A stretch of 64,000 nt of DNA from Flaccisagitta enflata (lineage: Eukaryota). Of the stretch, positions 12,327 to 55,717 are shown piece after piece. The stretch covers positions 9,052,001 through 9,116,000 of the forward strand of contig OZ231126.1 of NCBI GenBank assembly GCA_965153355.1, in the 5' to 3' direction. The number at the start of each line of letters is the position of its first letter. The stretch's first letter is position 1. The notes under the pieces were generated by a model. It saw only the letters and a program-made list of their open reading frames with translations, was not told the DNA's origin and did no database searches. Made by a program: the position numbers and the translations under genes.

Positions 12327-15300
12327 TCAGATGCAGTCGTCCGTCGACGAGCTGCTTGGGGGCGCTGGAGGAACGGTTTTGGAGGCGGCGGCGGCTGCGG
12401 CTAATGCGGCGGGATTTGGCGTCTTAAACGTGATTCCTTCTCCATTTCCTCTCGGCTTGAATAGGCGATCGTGCAGCAGAGTTGCGTGTCTCTTATTGCA
12501 GGATGAACACGTCGGCTTGTCTTTGCAGTCCCGCGCTGAATGGTTTGGGCAGAAACAATGAAAGCATAGACGTTTCTCCGCCAACTTCTTCACACGATCC
12601 TCTGCTGATGGGATGGCTTCCAAAACATGACACGAATGGGAGTTGTGGCGACCTCCACAAATATTGCAGATGTCATTGGGTTGTTGCTTCGGCGGTGAGT
12701 TGACGAGCTGTTCCTTGAAGGTCGCCGGACCGACTGCCGTCGCTGCAACCTTTGTCGGTTTCGGCGCCATGCGTGTCGGTTCTTTGAGGTTGTTGAACGA
12801 TACCCAATGCTTCACCTCCTCGATGAGTTCTTGGAAGCCGTAAGCCGTGCCGTGGCGAGCTTGTTCACGAGCGCTTGCTTTCCAATAGTCCGTCGAGATA
12901 TGTGGCACCCTCGCGTTGATGATGCGGCGGATGTGGACGTCACGATCACACTCCCCAGTTGCATTCAGCAGTTCTGCGACGCTTTCCAGTTTGTACAACG
13001 TGCCAATCAACGCTTGATGGGCTTTCATGTCGTTTTCTGGAACCTTTCCTTTCCTGCAGATGCTGTCGACGGCCGATTGGAACGGATTGACGCTCGTGTT
13101 GAACATTTCGTCCAGGCGTTTCCACAAGGTGCTGTAGACGCGGCGCATATTGTGCGCCTTGATGATGAGTTGTTGACCGTCGATAATTTCCTTCGCTGGA
13201 TTCGCGAAGACGTTGGCCAATTCAGTCACTTTATCAATTTCGTCTAGCTCGATGTTAGAGGCGGCATTTTCAAATTTGGATTTGGCGATGATATAGTCGA
13301 TTGGCTCGAGGTATCCATATGCTTCTCTTGGGCGTGCTGCGCGCATCTCCCTCAATCCCATGTCCTTCGCTCTGACGCGGGCGTCGTAGGCAATCGGGTT
13401 ATCGATGAAGGACACCGCGTTCATCCTCTCGGCAAAGGATTGCGAATGCGCGAGGCCGTTTCGCGCGGAGTCACTTCCGGTTTGACGTCTTTGATATCTA
13501 GGAGGCGACGGCGTTGGGGGCGGCGTCTTTCTCGACTTCCGTCTGTCAACGCGTTCGAACCCTTCGTCGTCGAAGACGTCGTCGACCAGAGGGCGTTGAC
13601 TTCCGCGTGTGTTGCGGGATGTTTGCGGAGCTGGAGGATCACCCGCGATTTGGTGGACGATGACGGGTGAGCTTGGTGATGGCGGCGTCGATTTGCGCGG
13701 CTGAACACGTGTCTGCAAAACGACGCTGTCCTCCAGGTTGAGATCGCTGATCAGTTGTTGGACTCTTGCCATTGCGTCCGCGTGATCCATCGCGTTCTTT
13801 TCTTGCTCCGCTGCATCTTGTCTCGTGCGCAATTGCTCGTGGAGAGGATGTTCACGGGCGGTTGGGGGCGGCGTCTTGGATGGCAGCTGTCTTTGCTGAC
13901 TTTTCTTTTGCGCTTCTCTCTTCTTCCTCTCCTCCTCTTCTTTCCTTTTCTTCTCTTCCTCCTTTTTCTTTTCTTCGCGTCTTTTCTTCTCCTCCATCTT
14001 CTTCCTTTCTTCCGCGTCTCTCTTAGCCACCGCCTTCCTTCTCTCCTCCTCTGCTTTCCTTTCCGCTTCTTTCCTTTTCTTTTCTTCTTTCTCCTCTTTC
14101 TCTCTTTTCTCCAGTGCCATCTTGTTCTTCAAGTTTATCCTCCTTTTCTCCTCTTGCCCTTTTCTTGTCTCCTCTGCCTTCCTTCTCATTTCTTCAGCGT
14201 GGATGCGTTGTCTTTCCTCCTCCTCCTCCTTCTCCTTCTTCCTCCTCTCCTCCTCCTCCCTTCTTTTCCTCTCGTCGATTCCGGCCGTGACCGCATCTGT
14301 TCGGGCATTAACGGCTGCGTTTAATGCGATGTTTGCCGTCATCTGCCGGGCGTTCTCTTCCCGTTGTTGAGATACAGAGCGCGAGCTGAGACGGAATCTC
14401 GTGTTCGCGCGTGCTTCTCTCGCCACCGAGCGTCGAACTTGGTTAACGTCGTCGACGAGACGTCCGACGACTTGCACCATCGCGTCGCCTTGAGCGACTC
14501 TGTCGCCGTCGGCAATCGACTGCTGTAACATGTTGAGAAGGTCTTGCGTGGGAGGGGCGCCGCCGACGGCGCCTGGAGGGAGGTTGGCGTCAGCGTCCGG
14601 CCATGACGTTTCCATTGCGTCGCTGGCGTCGTCGTCTTCATTGTCTCTGGCCGACAAAAAACGTGATTTCGCCGGCGTCACCGGTGTTGGAGGTTCAAAG
14701 TTTATGCGTATCTCTTCGGCGTCTTCTAACGCGCCTGGCGTGTGGGGCGGCGCGTTGTGGCGTTGCTCCGCTGCATTGAGATTCGCTGCTTCCGTGCCGA
14801 CGGGCAAGTCGTCCTCTCCCGCGTCTTCATCGTCGCCGGTCACGTTCGGCGTTGATTTACGTCGTCGTGAAAGGGATTGGACGAAATGCGTCGACGACCC
14901 CATCGTCATCTCGAGAGCGCGTTTTGTTCCAGTCTCTGGTGACTCGTCATGGATGTCGTGGTAGGTCGGCAGGAACAGATGCGACGCAAAAGTGTTTTTG
15001 TCGTGGAAGCATGACGCGTCCCACAGTTTCCGTACCTCCGTCAGTGAGCTTTCGGCTGTCGACAACAATGACGCCGCTTTGTCGGGGTTGTTCGTCGATT
15101 CTGCATGTGCGTAAGTCTTCGTCGTATTGACCAATCGCCACGCCGCTAACCACACTTCCTTTCGAAGGCAGTCCATATCTTGGTAAAAGTCCAAAATATC
15201 GTCATCGTTAAGGGTATCGGCGGTTTTCAACGCCGACATGAAGGCGTTGCGCGTTTTGCGTAGAGCCTTTCGTAATCCGCGAAGCGTCGTGGCTACGGGG

Positions 15301-15443
15301 TCCATTGCGCCCGCATAGACGGACGAGTCGGAAACGACGGACATGCAGTCGGTTGGTCGAAAAGCCTTCCTGCGTTGATTGGGCAGCGAAGGTGGCGGCA
15401 TTGACGTCGCGTCGGTGTTGGCGTTGTTGTTGGCGGTCGACAT
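12327..15443 (-). CDS. gag with a long charged coiled-coil region and triple zinc knuckle
   Basis: CNICGGRHNSHSC, CFHCFCPNHSARDC, CSSCNKRHATLLH; first ATG downstream of the LTR is at 15443 (MSTANN). Confidence 0.9.
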   Translation of the reverse strand: MSTANNNANTDATSMPPPSLPNQRRKAFRPTDCMSVVSDSSVYAGAMDPVATTLRGLRKALRKTRNAFMSALKTADTLNDDDILDFYQDMDCLRKEVWLAAWRLVNTTKTYAHAESTNNPDKAASLLSTAESSLTEVRKLWDASCFHDKNTFASHLFLPTYHDIHDESPETGTKRALEMTMGSSTHFVQSLSRRRKSTPNVTGDDEDAGEDDLPVGTEAANLNAAEQRHNAPPHTPGALEDAEEIRINFEPPTPVTPAKSRFLSARDNEDDDASDAMETSWPDADANLPPGAVGGAPPTQDLLNMLQQSIADGDRVAQGDAMVQVVGRLVDDVNQVRRSVAREARANTRFRLSSRSVSQQREENARQMTANIALNAAVNARTDAVTAGIDERKRREEEERRKKEKEEEEERQRIHAEEMRRKAEETRKGQEEKRRINLKNKMALEKREKEEKEEKKRKEAERKAEEERRKAVAKRDAEERKKMEEKKRREEKKKEEEKKRKEEEERKKREAQKKSQQRQLPSKTPPPTAREHPLHEQLRTRQDAAEQEKNAMDHADAMARVQQLISDLNLEDSVVLQTRVQPRKSTPPSPSSPVIVHQIAGDPPAPQTSRNTRGSQRPLVDDVFDDEGFERVDRRKSRKTPPPTPSPPRYQRRQTGSDSARNGLAHSQSFAERMNAVSFIDNPIAYDARVRAKDMGLREMRAARPREAYGYLEPIDYIIAKSKFENAASNIELDEIDKVTELANVFANPAKEIIDGQQLIIKAHNMRRVYSTLWKRLDEMFNTSVNPFQSAVDSICRKGKVPENDMKAHQALIGTLYKLESVAELLNATGECDRDVHIRRIINARVPHISTDYWKASAREQARHGTAYGFQELIEEVKHWVSFNNLKEPTRMAPKPTKVAATAVGPATFKEQLVNSPPKQQPNDICNICGGRHNSHSCHVLEAIPSAEDRVKKLAEKRLCFHCFCPNHSARDCKDKPTCSSCNKRHATLLHDRLFKPRGNGEGITFKTPNPAALAAAAAASKTVPPAPPSSSSTDDCI

Positions 15444-15475
15444 CGTTGACGTTGCGTGGATCGTTGATGGTTTTT

Positions 15476-15487
15476 GATTCCACGAAT
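15476..15487 (-). promoter_or_regulatory. Primer-binding-site position: ATTCGTGGAATC, complementary to LTR 15640-15651 rather than to a tRNA
   Basis: Directly abuts the 5' LTR end; perfect 12-bp inverted repeat with 15640-15651. Confidence 0.65.
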
Positions 15488-16277
15488 TGAGAGCGTTTAA
15501 CGTCTGATTTCTTATCAAGCTCCTGATGCGTAATCGCGAGAACTGACTCCACTGCGTAGCTGCGCTAATGATTTGGAACGTACACCCGCTTAGAACGAAT
15601 TGTTGAGATGAGCGGTCAAGTTGTCCGCGAAATCAGTCTATTCGTGGAATCCTGATGGACAGAGAGAAAGAAAAAGGTTAGGACAAACTCTGTACATCAA
15701 TGAAGGACACTTCTGTAAACGCGCCAAAAAGGTAAAAGGTCAAGGACTTACACGGATGTTGTCGAACGGTTTCCAATCTAGGCACAGGGCAGGGAAGTCG
15801 GGGAAAAAGCATCAAAATCGAGTCTTTAACTGAGATTGTGAAGTCGAATGTCAGTAAGAGAGTCAGGGAAGCTACTTTTACTTAACCTAGGAATAAATAA
15901 CAAATTTAATCAAAGCATCACGAGATTTGAAATTATTTGGCAGCAATGGAACAATGATCAATGAAATCGTCGCGTCGTGGGAATTTGTTAGAGGGGTCGA
16001 AGTCTATTCTCCTCTAAGCGGTTGAGGAGATACAGTCCATCAATCCTCAACCGGAAGTCAGCGCTTTCTGCGCGCGCGCGCGCTCCTCCACTTCCTCCGT
16101 CGATCGAAGATCTTTCTCCTTTTCCTCGATTTCCTCCACTCTGCAGTCGAGCAGACGCCATCTTGGAATCATCGACGGCGAGAGAGCCTCTCCTCCTCTT
16201 CGGGATCCGCGGAGTCGAATGCATCCGATCGAGCGCTTCTTGACCTGGATATGGTGGGGAATGTGAAGAATGTCACA
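15488..16277 (-). repeat. 5' LTR (790 bp)
   Basis: TG...CA termini; direct repeat of 3977-4586. Confidence 0.95.
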
Positions 16278-16941
16278 CCCCTCATCTTTTCCATACTATG
16301 ATCTGAACTTTGACATGCAAAAACCATCACATATTACCAATATTCACTGAAAATTTCATGATTTTTTTCCAAGTGGTTTAGGAGCTATAAAGGTTTTGCA
16401 TTTTACAGTCCTATCCGAAGACGGTGTATGAATATTTTTTTTCTTAAAGTGCATCTCTTGAATTCCAAATGTTTTTCTTTTATAATTGCTATTTATTTAA
16501 AATTAGGAGCTGTCATCTCATCACCCTGCTAATTTTTTTTTCATTTTATTCCATATTTTTTTTCCCTGAAATGTCAGCTGGAATGAATGTTGATTTTAGT
16601 CACCAACTGGCGATTTAGTAAGCAGATAATTTGCATCACTATTTCCTTCCGCTAAAAGTATTTGTTAGCAGATTTCACTTTACTAATAGCTGCTTGGTAG
16701 TTGGTCAATTTTCTTTTTTGCTGTTCAATTTTGTTACGATCTATCATACTGTTTTTCCTTAATTTTGAATCAATCCCTTGATAAATATTCCATGAATACA
16801 TCTACATGTTAGATGAAAAATCATAGTTATCTGAGATTGTCAGGATAATCAACTGACCCACACACATACACAAAGATACACAGACACACACACACTCACA
16901 CTCACACACACACTCACACACACACACACACAGAAAAGGTA

Positions 16942-17543
16942 CAGTGAGGTTCGTGGAATAACAGCCTAAACTGGAGGAAGGTATTTAAGTGTCTTAATTT
17001 CATTTGTCAAATTTGATATTTGAGATATAAGTTGTTCACTTGATGCTTTTGTCCTTGAGTTTATCGGTTGCTATGGAAACCAAAATCATTTTTTCAAACA
17101 TTTATTACCACTAAAATATCAATATTCTGAGAAATATTGTCAGGGAACATTGCTCAAAATTAAATTTGCTACAACTTTCCCACAGTATGTTCTGTAAGAA
17201 TATTGCTCGTTTGGCCGTTGCTAGGGGGCATCACACCTAGCAACCGCTAAATGATGCTCCCTAGCAACGGCTAAACCAGCAATATTCTTACAGGACATAC
17301 TATGGGAAAGTTGTAGCAAATTTAATTTTGAGCAATGTTCCCTGATAATATTTGTCAAAATATTGATATTCTAATTGTTATAAATGTTCAAAAAAATAAT
17401 TTTGGTTTCCATGGCAACCAAAAAACTCAGGGACAAAAGCATCAAATGAACAACTTAAATTCCAAATATCAAGTTTGTCAAATGAAATTAAGACACTTAA
17501 ATACCTTCCTCCAGTTTAAGCTGTTATTCCACGAACCCCACTG
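16942..17543. mobile_element. TA-flanked palindromic (foldback) MITE
   Basis: TA|cagtgaggttcgtggaataacagc ... gctgttattccacgaaccccactg|TA; arms complementary almost to the centre (~17243). Confidence 0.85.
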
Positions 17544-18020
17544 TAGCAAAAAGAATGGGAGATAAAGAAAGAAACTTAAACTGACAAAAAAAAAAAAAAA
17601 AGATAATGAAAAATTCTGGAAAAATTCGTGCAAAAAAAAACATAGACAGACGCTTGAACAAAGACAATGTCAGTCTTTAGAGAGAAGTGATATTTTTAGA
17701 CTATCAACTTGCTATACAACGGAAAATTGGCAGATGAATCCATAGTAAAAAAATAACTGTAAACGCATGATTTGATAACACTTGTTCAAGCCTCATCTGC
17801 GGAGAGCTCTCCAGGTGGTTGGAGAGCTCTCAAAGTCTCGGAGAGTGCCAGGAGAGCTCTCAAACTCTCAGAGAGCTCTCAAGCTCTCCTAAAGTCCATG
17901 GCCCTCACTCAAGAATTGATTTGGAGGGGAGGAGGTAGTTGATGAAGAGAAGGAGGATGGAATTGATGAGGAGGAGGAATGACAGAGATAGTGGATAATT
18001 CTTTAGCCTCTCTGCCTCAG

Positions 18021-18561
18021 ATTGCCCACACTGACTCTTCGCGCATCGTGGGGCAGAACGAGACTTCGTTCCCGTGCGATGGAACCAACGCCACTTTCCG
18101 CGTCATGTTCAAGGAACCAGTCGAGATCTACCCAAACATGAATTACACCGCTGCATGCACTCTCAAAGGTCATTAAAGTTATGGTTATCATTCTTCTCTT
18201 CGGCTCATCTCTTTGAATGCTTCGAACCCCAATCGAACCCCAAGCATTGAAATGACTAAAATTCGGCTTCTTTACTTAACTCTCTTATCACGATTTGCCC
18301 CCTTCTTCCCCCCCCCCCCCTTCCCCAACTTATCATTTTGTAATCACCCTCACCCTTCTCTTCCCTCCCCACCTTTCTTTGTCTCCCATCCCCCTTTGTT
18401 CAGGTCCGGATTCGTATTACGGTACGAAAGGCCAGCGTAAAGTCGTTCACGAAAGCGTTTCGCGGGAGAGAGTCGTGTTCACTTTCTCCTACGCGGCCGG
18501 ATCGAACAATGGAACCTCGGTCGAAGACGGACAAATACCGGAAATCATCTTCTACACTTGA
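18021..18561 (+). CDS. BTBD2: Last two exons (18021-18168, 18404-18561) of a BTB/BACK/PHR-domain protein, BTBD1/BTBD2-like
   Basis: PHR C-terminus [30 protein letters not shown]...[18 protein letters not shown]; phase-compatible AG/GT sites. No upstream exon found in the window. Confidence 0.85.
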
Positions 18562-19669
18562 AAACGGACGAGAGGCCAACGGGCCCAGAGACGGACGAGG
18601 TCAGGCGGACCGATGTGACCCAAATCATTCTTTACATGTGAAAAGCGCACGAATCTTTTCACTGAATGGACAAAAACCTCTGTTCGAACTTGAGTCCAAA
18701 GATGGCTTGATGCCGCAAATCATCAATTGTATTCAGAGTCGTCGGTTGGAAGAAAGATTCACAGATGTAGAGATTAATTGGAGTTGTGGAAGGAGGCTGT
18801 CTAGATGAGCAAGTGCAGAGTGACTAGAAAGATGATGATGATGATGAGGATGATGATGAGGATGATGATGATGATGATTTTGAGGTTTGACGCGCCGCCG
18901 TGTACGAGCGAAACGTCAAATGCACAGACAACGCACTCGAGCCGGTGTAAACTGATCAATTTTGTGTGAGTGCGTGGCGTTATGATATAGTAGCGTAGCT
19001 TATTATTATCTAGTAGCTCGGTAGTACATTACCCTTGCCTTATCGCGAAAAGAGAATCAAACTGCAACGCCTATTTGCCAACATTGTAATCGTACGCTAA
19101 ATGCTCAATGAACTCATGTTAGTCTGACAAGCTCTCGCCCCCGCTTTCTGTCCGTCTGTTTACCTATCTGTCCGTCTGTTTACCTATCTGTCTCTCTGTC
19201 TGTCCTTTTTGTCTTTCCTCCGCCCTATTTCTTTCTCCTTTTCACCCTCAGTCTCGTCAATTGTGAATGTGATAATCTCCCATCGTATGTTTCTCGCAGA
19301 TATGTATACATAACTAATATTCTTATTCCTAGGAACAAGGTATTTCTCAGAAAAGCTCAATTGCGATTAACGATGCTTACGACACTAGAATTTTACGTAT
19401 CACTTACAAAGGAAGAATTAAGGCAAAATAATTTTTGAAAAATTGCCACAAAAAAAACCTTCCTAACGTTTGAATACGGGCAGGACTGAGTAATGATAAT
19501 CGAAATTCAGACGAGTGATATCAAAAGACCCGCACTTGGCCTAATTAAGGAAACTGGCATTTTGCCGCAAAACAGCATTAAAATTGTGACAAGAAACGAC
19601 TAAAACAGGCACAAAGGAAACTTATTCAAAAAAAAAAAAAAGAGAAAGATTACTTCGCCCTACGTAGCA

Positions 19670-33337
<13,668 letters not shown>

Positions 33338-35186
33338 AGACTAGGAAATATTTTGTGCTCAACAAATATGTCAATAATGAGTCTATCCTGGCCAATCGTC
33401 TTGGCCCTAATTTCCGATCCCATGGAAATTTCGTCCATGTCGAATTGTCGAAAATTCGACCCAAGAGAATCCTTTTTGTTTATGACTATCAAAAAAAAAA
33501 ATAATCGAGCTTCTCAGCAAATCGCTCATACGATATACGTTTGAAATTCGATATGGAGCAAAACTACAAAAAAAAAGTGCCTTGTTATAGACCTCGCGTC
33601 TTCCAACGTGGACAATATTAAACCCGCGCGCGCATTTTCAGTTTTCTTTCTCATTTCCTTTCATTTAGTTTTAGTGTTTTGTGTTTCCTTTCAAGTTAAA
33701 GTCGAGATGGCGCTTGAGATCTGTATGGTTTGGTTCAACCTTGTAATGAGGAAGGACTCGTTTCCATCAGTCCATCACTGCGCAATCCTTTTTCTCCTCA
33801 CAATGCTTTGGATAGTCATTATTATTTCGATATTGATGAATCACTTTTGAATTGTGTACTCCTAATCATGTTTTGAAAAACGTTCATCCCGTAATGATTG
33901 CTGCGTTTTTTCTTACTCTTACTTTTTGCATCCTCTCCTTTTTCATAAAAGTCATTTGCATATTTGCCATCAAGCTGAGATACCCATCTAACCATGTATT
34001 CAATGGTTTTAAGTCCCTTATCCCCACTCCACCCCATACACTCATCCGTCACCCTTACGTCTGTTATCTCCTAAAATGAATTCTTCCACTGACCACTGTC
34101 CTTATTCATCGTTGATTGTATGAAAAGAAGTTGTAGATTTTTGCGCAACGGGAAATTAAGGAATTTTGCCATTTCTATGGAAGATCTTCTCTAGTTGATA
34201 CTCGCAAGAAGGTAAAAAAAGGGGCGAACTTCATTACAGTTTAACTGCTTGTCAGTGCTTGGGAATCGTGTCATTATCGCAATATTCATTTTGCTTACAC
34301 ATTCAGTACCCCAAGCTCGTCTGCTTGCGGTCCGTCCATCCTTGGGCCAGTTGGTCGCGCATTCTTAAGACGATTTACTAGGCTTATTTATCGGCTTATC
34401 TATTGCAAGATGTCTTACTATCAATATATTTCTGCTGGTATATTAAGAGAGTTATCAAAACGCTAGGATGCATCACCGTGGGTTTTTGTTTTCTTTACGA
34501 CCTTTTACAGCTAGAGCTTCCTCTTTATATCTTGTTGTGGTTGCTTTTCAATTCATATTTACTCATCAAGTCATTTGAAATTTCGTGTTATTTTCGATCT
34601 TCTTTCCGTCGATTTACCCCTAATCCCACCTAATCTGATGATTTACTGAGTTTGCTGCTATACTTTCTCTATACAGTCTTCCTGGTGAGATATCAGTCGC
34701 TAGAGCACCTACAGCATTCTCACTTTCTCTGTATTCTTCCCTCTCGAGAAAGCTTAATATACAATTACAAGACGAAAACTCCACTAACTAGCAATGACTC
34801 GTCGTACTACTCTGTTGGGCCATTGCGACGGAGGAAATCATCTCCCAGTAACGTAACTAAATTATACAAAGACATTCAGTGACATTTTGGCCACTTTATC
34901 ATAAAAAGAACCTTAAATTACTTCCATGGAATGATTAAACTTTGTTTATAAATCGCATTTCGGTTGAATGCTTTGCGCAATCTCGTGGAACGATCGAAAG
35001 TGGATTTGGAAGTAGACTCGTCACCGCGTAATACCATCGCGTGACAATTGAGTCTCATTGATCTCTCCAAAGAAAACGAAGGTTCCTCTCGTGACACAGC
35101 GTGTCTTTTCTCTCTTTTGCCTTGGCGAACGATCAACCAATCAATCAATCGATCAATCGTTAACCCATCTTCACCAACCCTTCACG

Positions 35187-53582
<18,396 letters not shown>

Positions 53583-54151
53583 AAAGATTTGGGAAAGGGA
53601 CGTGCGGAGATGGCGAGTAGTGGACGAGCATGATTTAAAGAAAGAAGGGAACAAATTATTAGAGAAAGAAATCGTGAGTGGAAAGGATAGATGGAATGGT
53701 CTTGGCCTCGGGATAGTGTGACCTTTGATTGAATAGTGTTTGAGCGTAGGAATGTATCATAATCTTGAAATGTGTGGGGCGACTGGATTTGAATTGATTA
53801 CGTGGGAGTAAGGAAAAATAAGTACCCCGGGGGTACAACGATGCGTCCACATGCTGCTTAGCTTGTTAAGGATGATGCAATATTAATCATGTGGAATGAT
53901 GCAATGACGACATTTTGGGTGATTTTCCTGAGTTTTAACCACTTTCGACTCGTGTGTTACGGACCGACGGACGGACCGACGGACGGACAAAGCCTTTTAT
54001 AGTGATGCGTGGACGCATCTAAAAATAATGAAATGGCGTTTCGAAAAAAAGATTGGTCTTTTATGTTGTAGCCCGTGTCAATAAGCTGAGTATGGGGTTG
54101 AAGGGCCTTCCAATTTATTGCACGTATTTCCGCTTCGATTAGGAGAAAGAG

Positions 54152-54255
54152 AGGAAGGAAGGTAGGAAGGAAGGAAGGAAGGTAGGAAGGTAGGAAGGAA
54201 GGAAGGAAGGAAGGAAGGAAGGAAGGAAGGAAGGAAGGGAGGGAAGAAAGAAAGA
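54152..54255. repeat. (GGAA)n microsatellite
   Basis: Directly visible. Confidence 0.9.
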
Positions 54256-54954
54256 AGCAAGAAATTTGAAGACCACTGAGCTCTAATGTTACTCCCTTGC
54301 CGTCGCCACCTCTTCAAAATCTCCGATCAGCCAAAGCGCAGACGTGGCTTGATCTGCGTATGGTGTTGTTGCCTACTTTTAGCGCAATTAGTTTCGTAGT
54401 TGCAGTCCTCATCGCATTCCCTCGTTTTATGCTTTACATAGTATTCGGCATTTTATAGTCATGGTATAAACACATTTTTGGATGCGTGGTCGTAGTTTGT
54501 TTGTAAACAATTGTCCGATTGCAATTAGGGGTTGCAGGGTGTGTTCTCTTTCATTGGAGGAGGGGAAAAGAAACAAATTTTGCATGGAACTAGAAAAATA
54601 CTTCTCGCTGACTGGACTTATTCTTGATAAATGCGTAAGTAGTGAGCTTAGCTCAGGAATTGTTGTTGTACTCTATCTCACCCTGCGACTCGATCTAACT
54701 GCCTCTTTTGAAATCTAAAATTTTAACTTTATGAGAGCTGAGCGTCATCCGGGTTATCATATAAGCACGCTGATCTCATTTTTGAAAGGATGGGCGGGTC
54801 CGTGAGTGATTAATGTTGAATTATCGTTTGGAATGACATTCCAACTCACCGCTAAATCTCACGATGATTATAAGTTCTGGCACTAGCCTATTCGCTTCTA
54901 CATGCAAAGCTGAAGATAATTATGATTAGAACTTTCATGACGTCCAGTGTACTT

Positions 54955-55717
54955 CAGGGTGTACCAACTCAGTTGTAATATAAAGAATCGATGTATCTCT
55001 GCTTCTAAAAAAGATAATCTAATTCTGAAAAAAAGTTCTAAAGAGCTTTTGAAAAACGATTTTTGTTCAATAAGAGGAAAATGATGGGAAGGTATTAACA
55101 GTCATGGAAAAATGGCTTGGAAGTACTTGCCTTTTTGCAACCATTTTGCCATTTTTCATTGATCTCCTATGACAACCACTCTTTGTTTAGCTATTATCTG
55201 TAAATAATTTGATAAAACATGAAGAGTTGGACTCAAATTAAAGGTATCCTGCATAGTGAAAGAGATTTGATAGAAAAATTTACATTTTTTTGTAAAGATA
55301 GTATGATATTTGAAAAATTCATGCCAATCGAGTTGTTTTTTTTAAATGTGGTTTTGAAGAAAGAAAGAAGAAAATCTTCAATATTTTGAGGATGTTTTTT
55401 AATGGGGCCAAAAACTACTGCAAAAATTCTTAAATTTGGGACCAATCTCAGGTCTCTAGCTCAATCCGTTTAGAAATGAGAGCCTCTTAAAGAAAAAGAG
55501 TCTATGAGCAATGTCAGCCAAAATTGCAAATTTAGAAATAGTTGCATTATTTTAGGTTGTGAATGTGTAAAATTCTTTTCTGGACGGAAAAATTTTATTA
55601 GCATGAGCAAAAATCGTTTTGTAAGAGCTCCTTGGAACTTTTTTCAGAATGGGATTATCTTCTTTAGAAGCAAAGATACATCGATTCTTTATGTTACAGC
55701 TGAGTTGGTACACCCTG
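54955..55717. mobile_element. MITE copy 2 (inverted relative to 23385-24151)
   Basis: Same TIRs cagggtgtaccaactcag...ctgagttggtacaccctg and reverse-complement interior. Confidence 0.9.

Larger units (their letters stand above)
3977..16277 (-). mobile_element. Full-length BEL/Pao LTR retrotransposon
   Basis: Two near-identical TG...CA LTRs; 5-bp TSD CCCCT (3972-3976 and 16278-16282); gag with three Cys/His knuckles; PR-RT-RH-IN order with BEL-type motifs; PPT next to the 3' LTR. Confidence 0.96.
3534..16458. mobile_element. Foldback/MITE element with ~180-bp TIRs, split by the LTR retrotransposon
   Basis: 3534-~3712 (agagatgcactttaagaaaa...tcatacaccgtcttcggataggac) is the reverse complement of ~16283-16458 (gtcctatccgaagacggtgtatga...cttaaagtgcatctct). 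Confidence 0.8.

Noticed and set aside
15465-15482. TGGAATC... as a canonical tRNA PBS
   Set aside because: The TGG is 5 nt from the LTR end and the implied tRNA 3' end (GGUUUUUGAUUCCA) lacks recognisable acceptor/T-arm sequence. Not excluded without a tRNA search.
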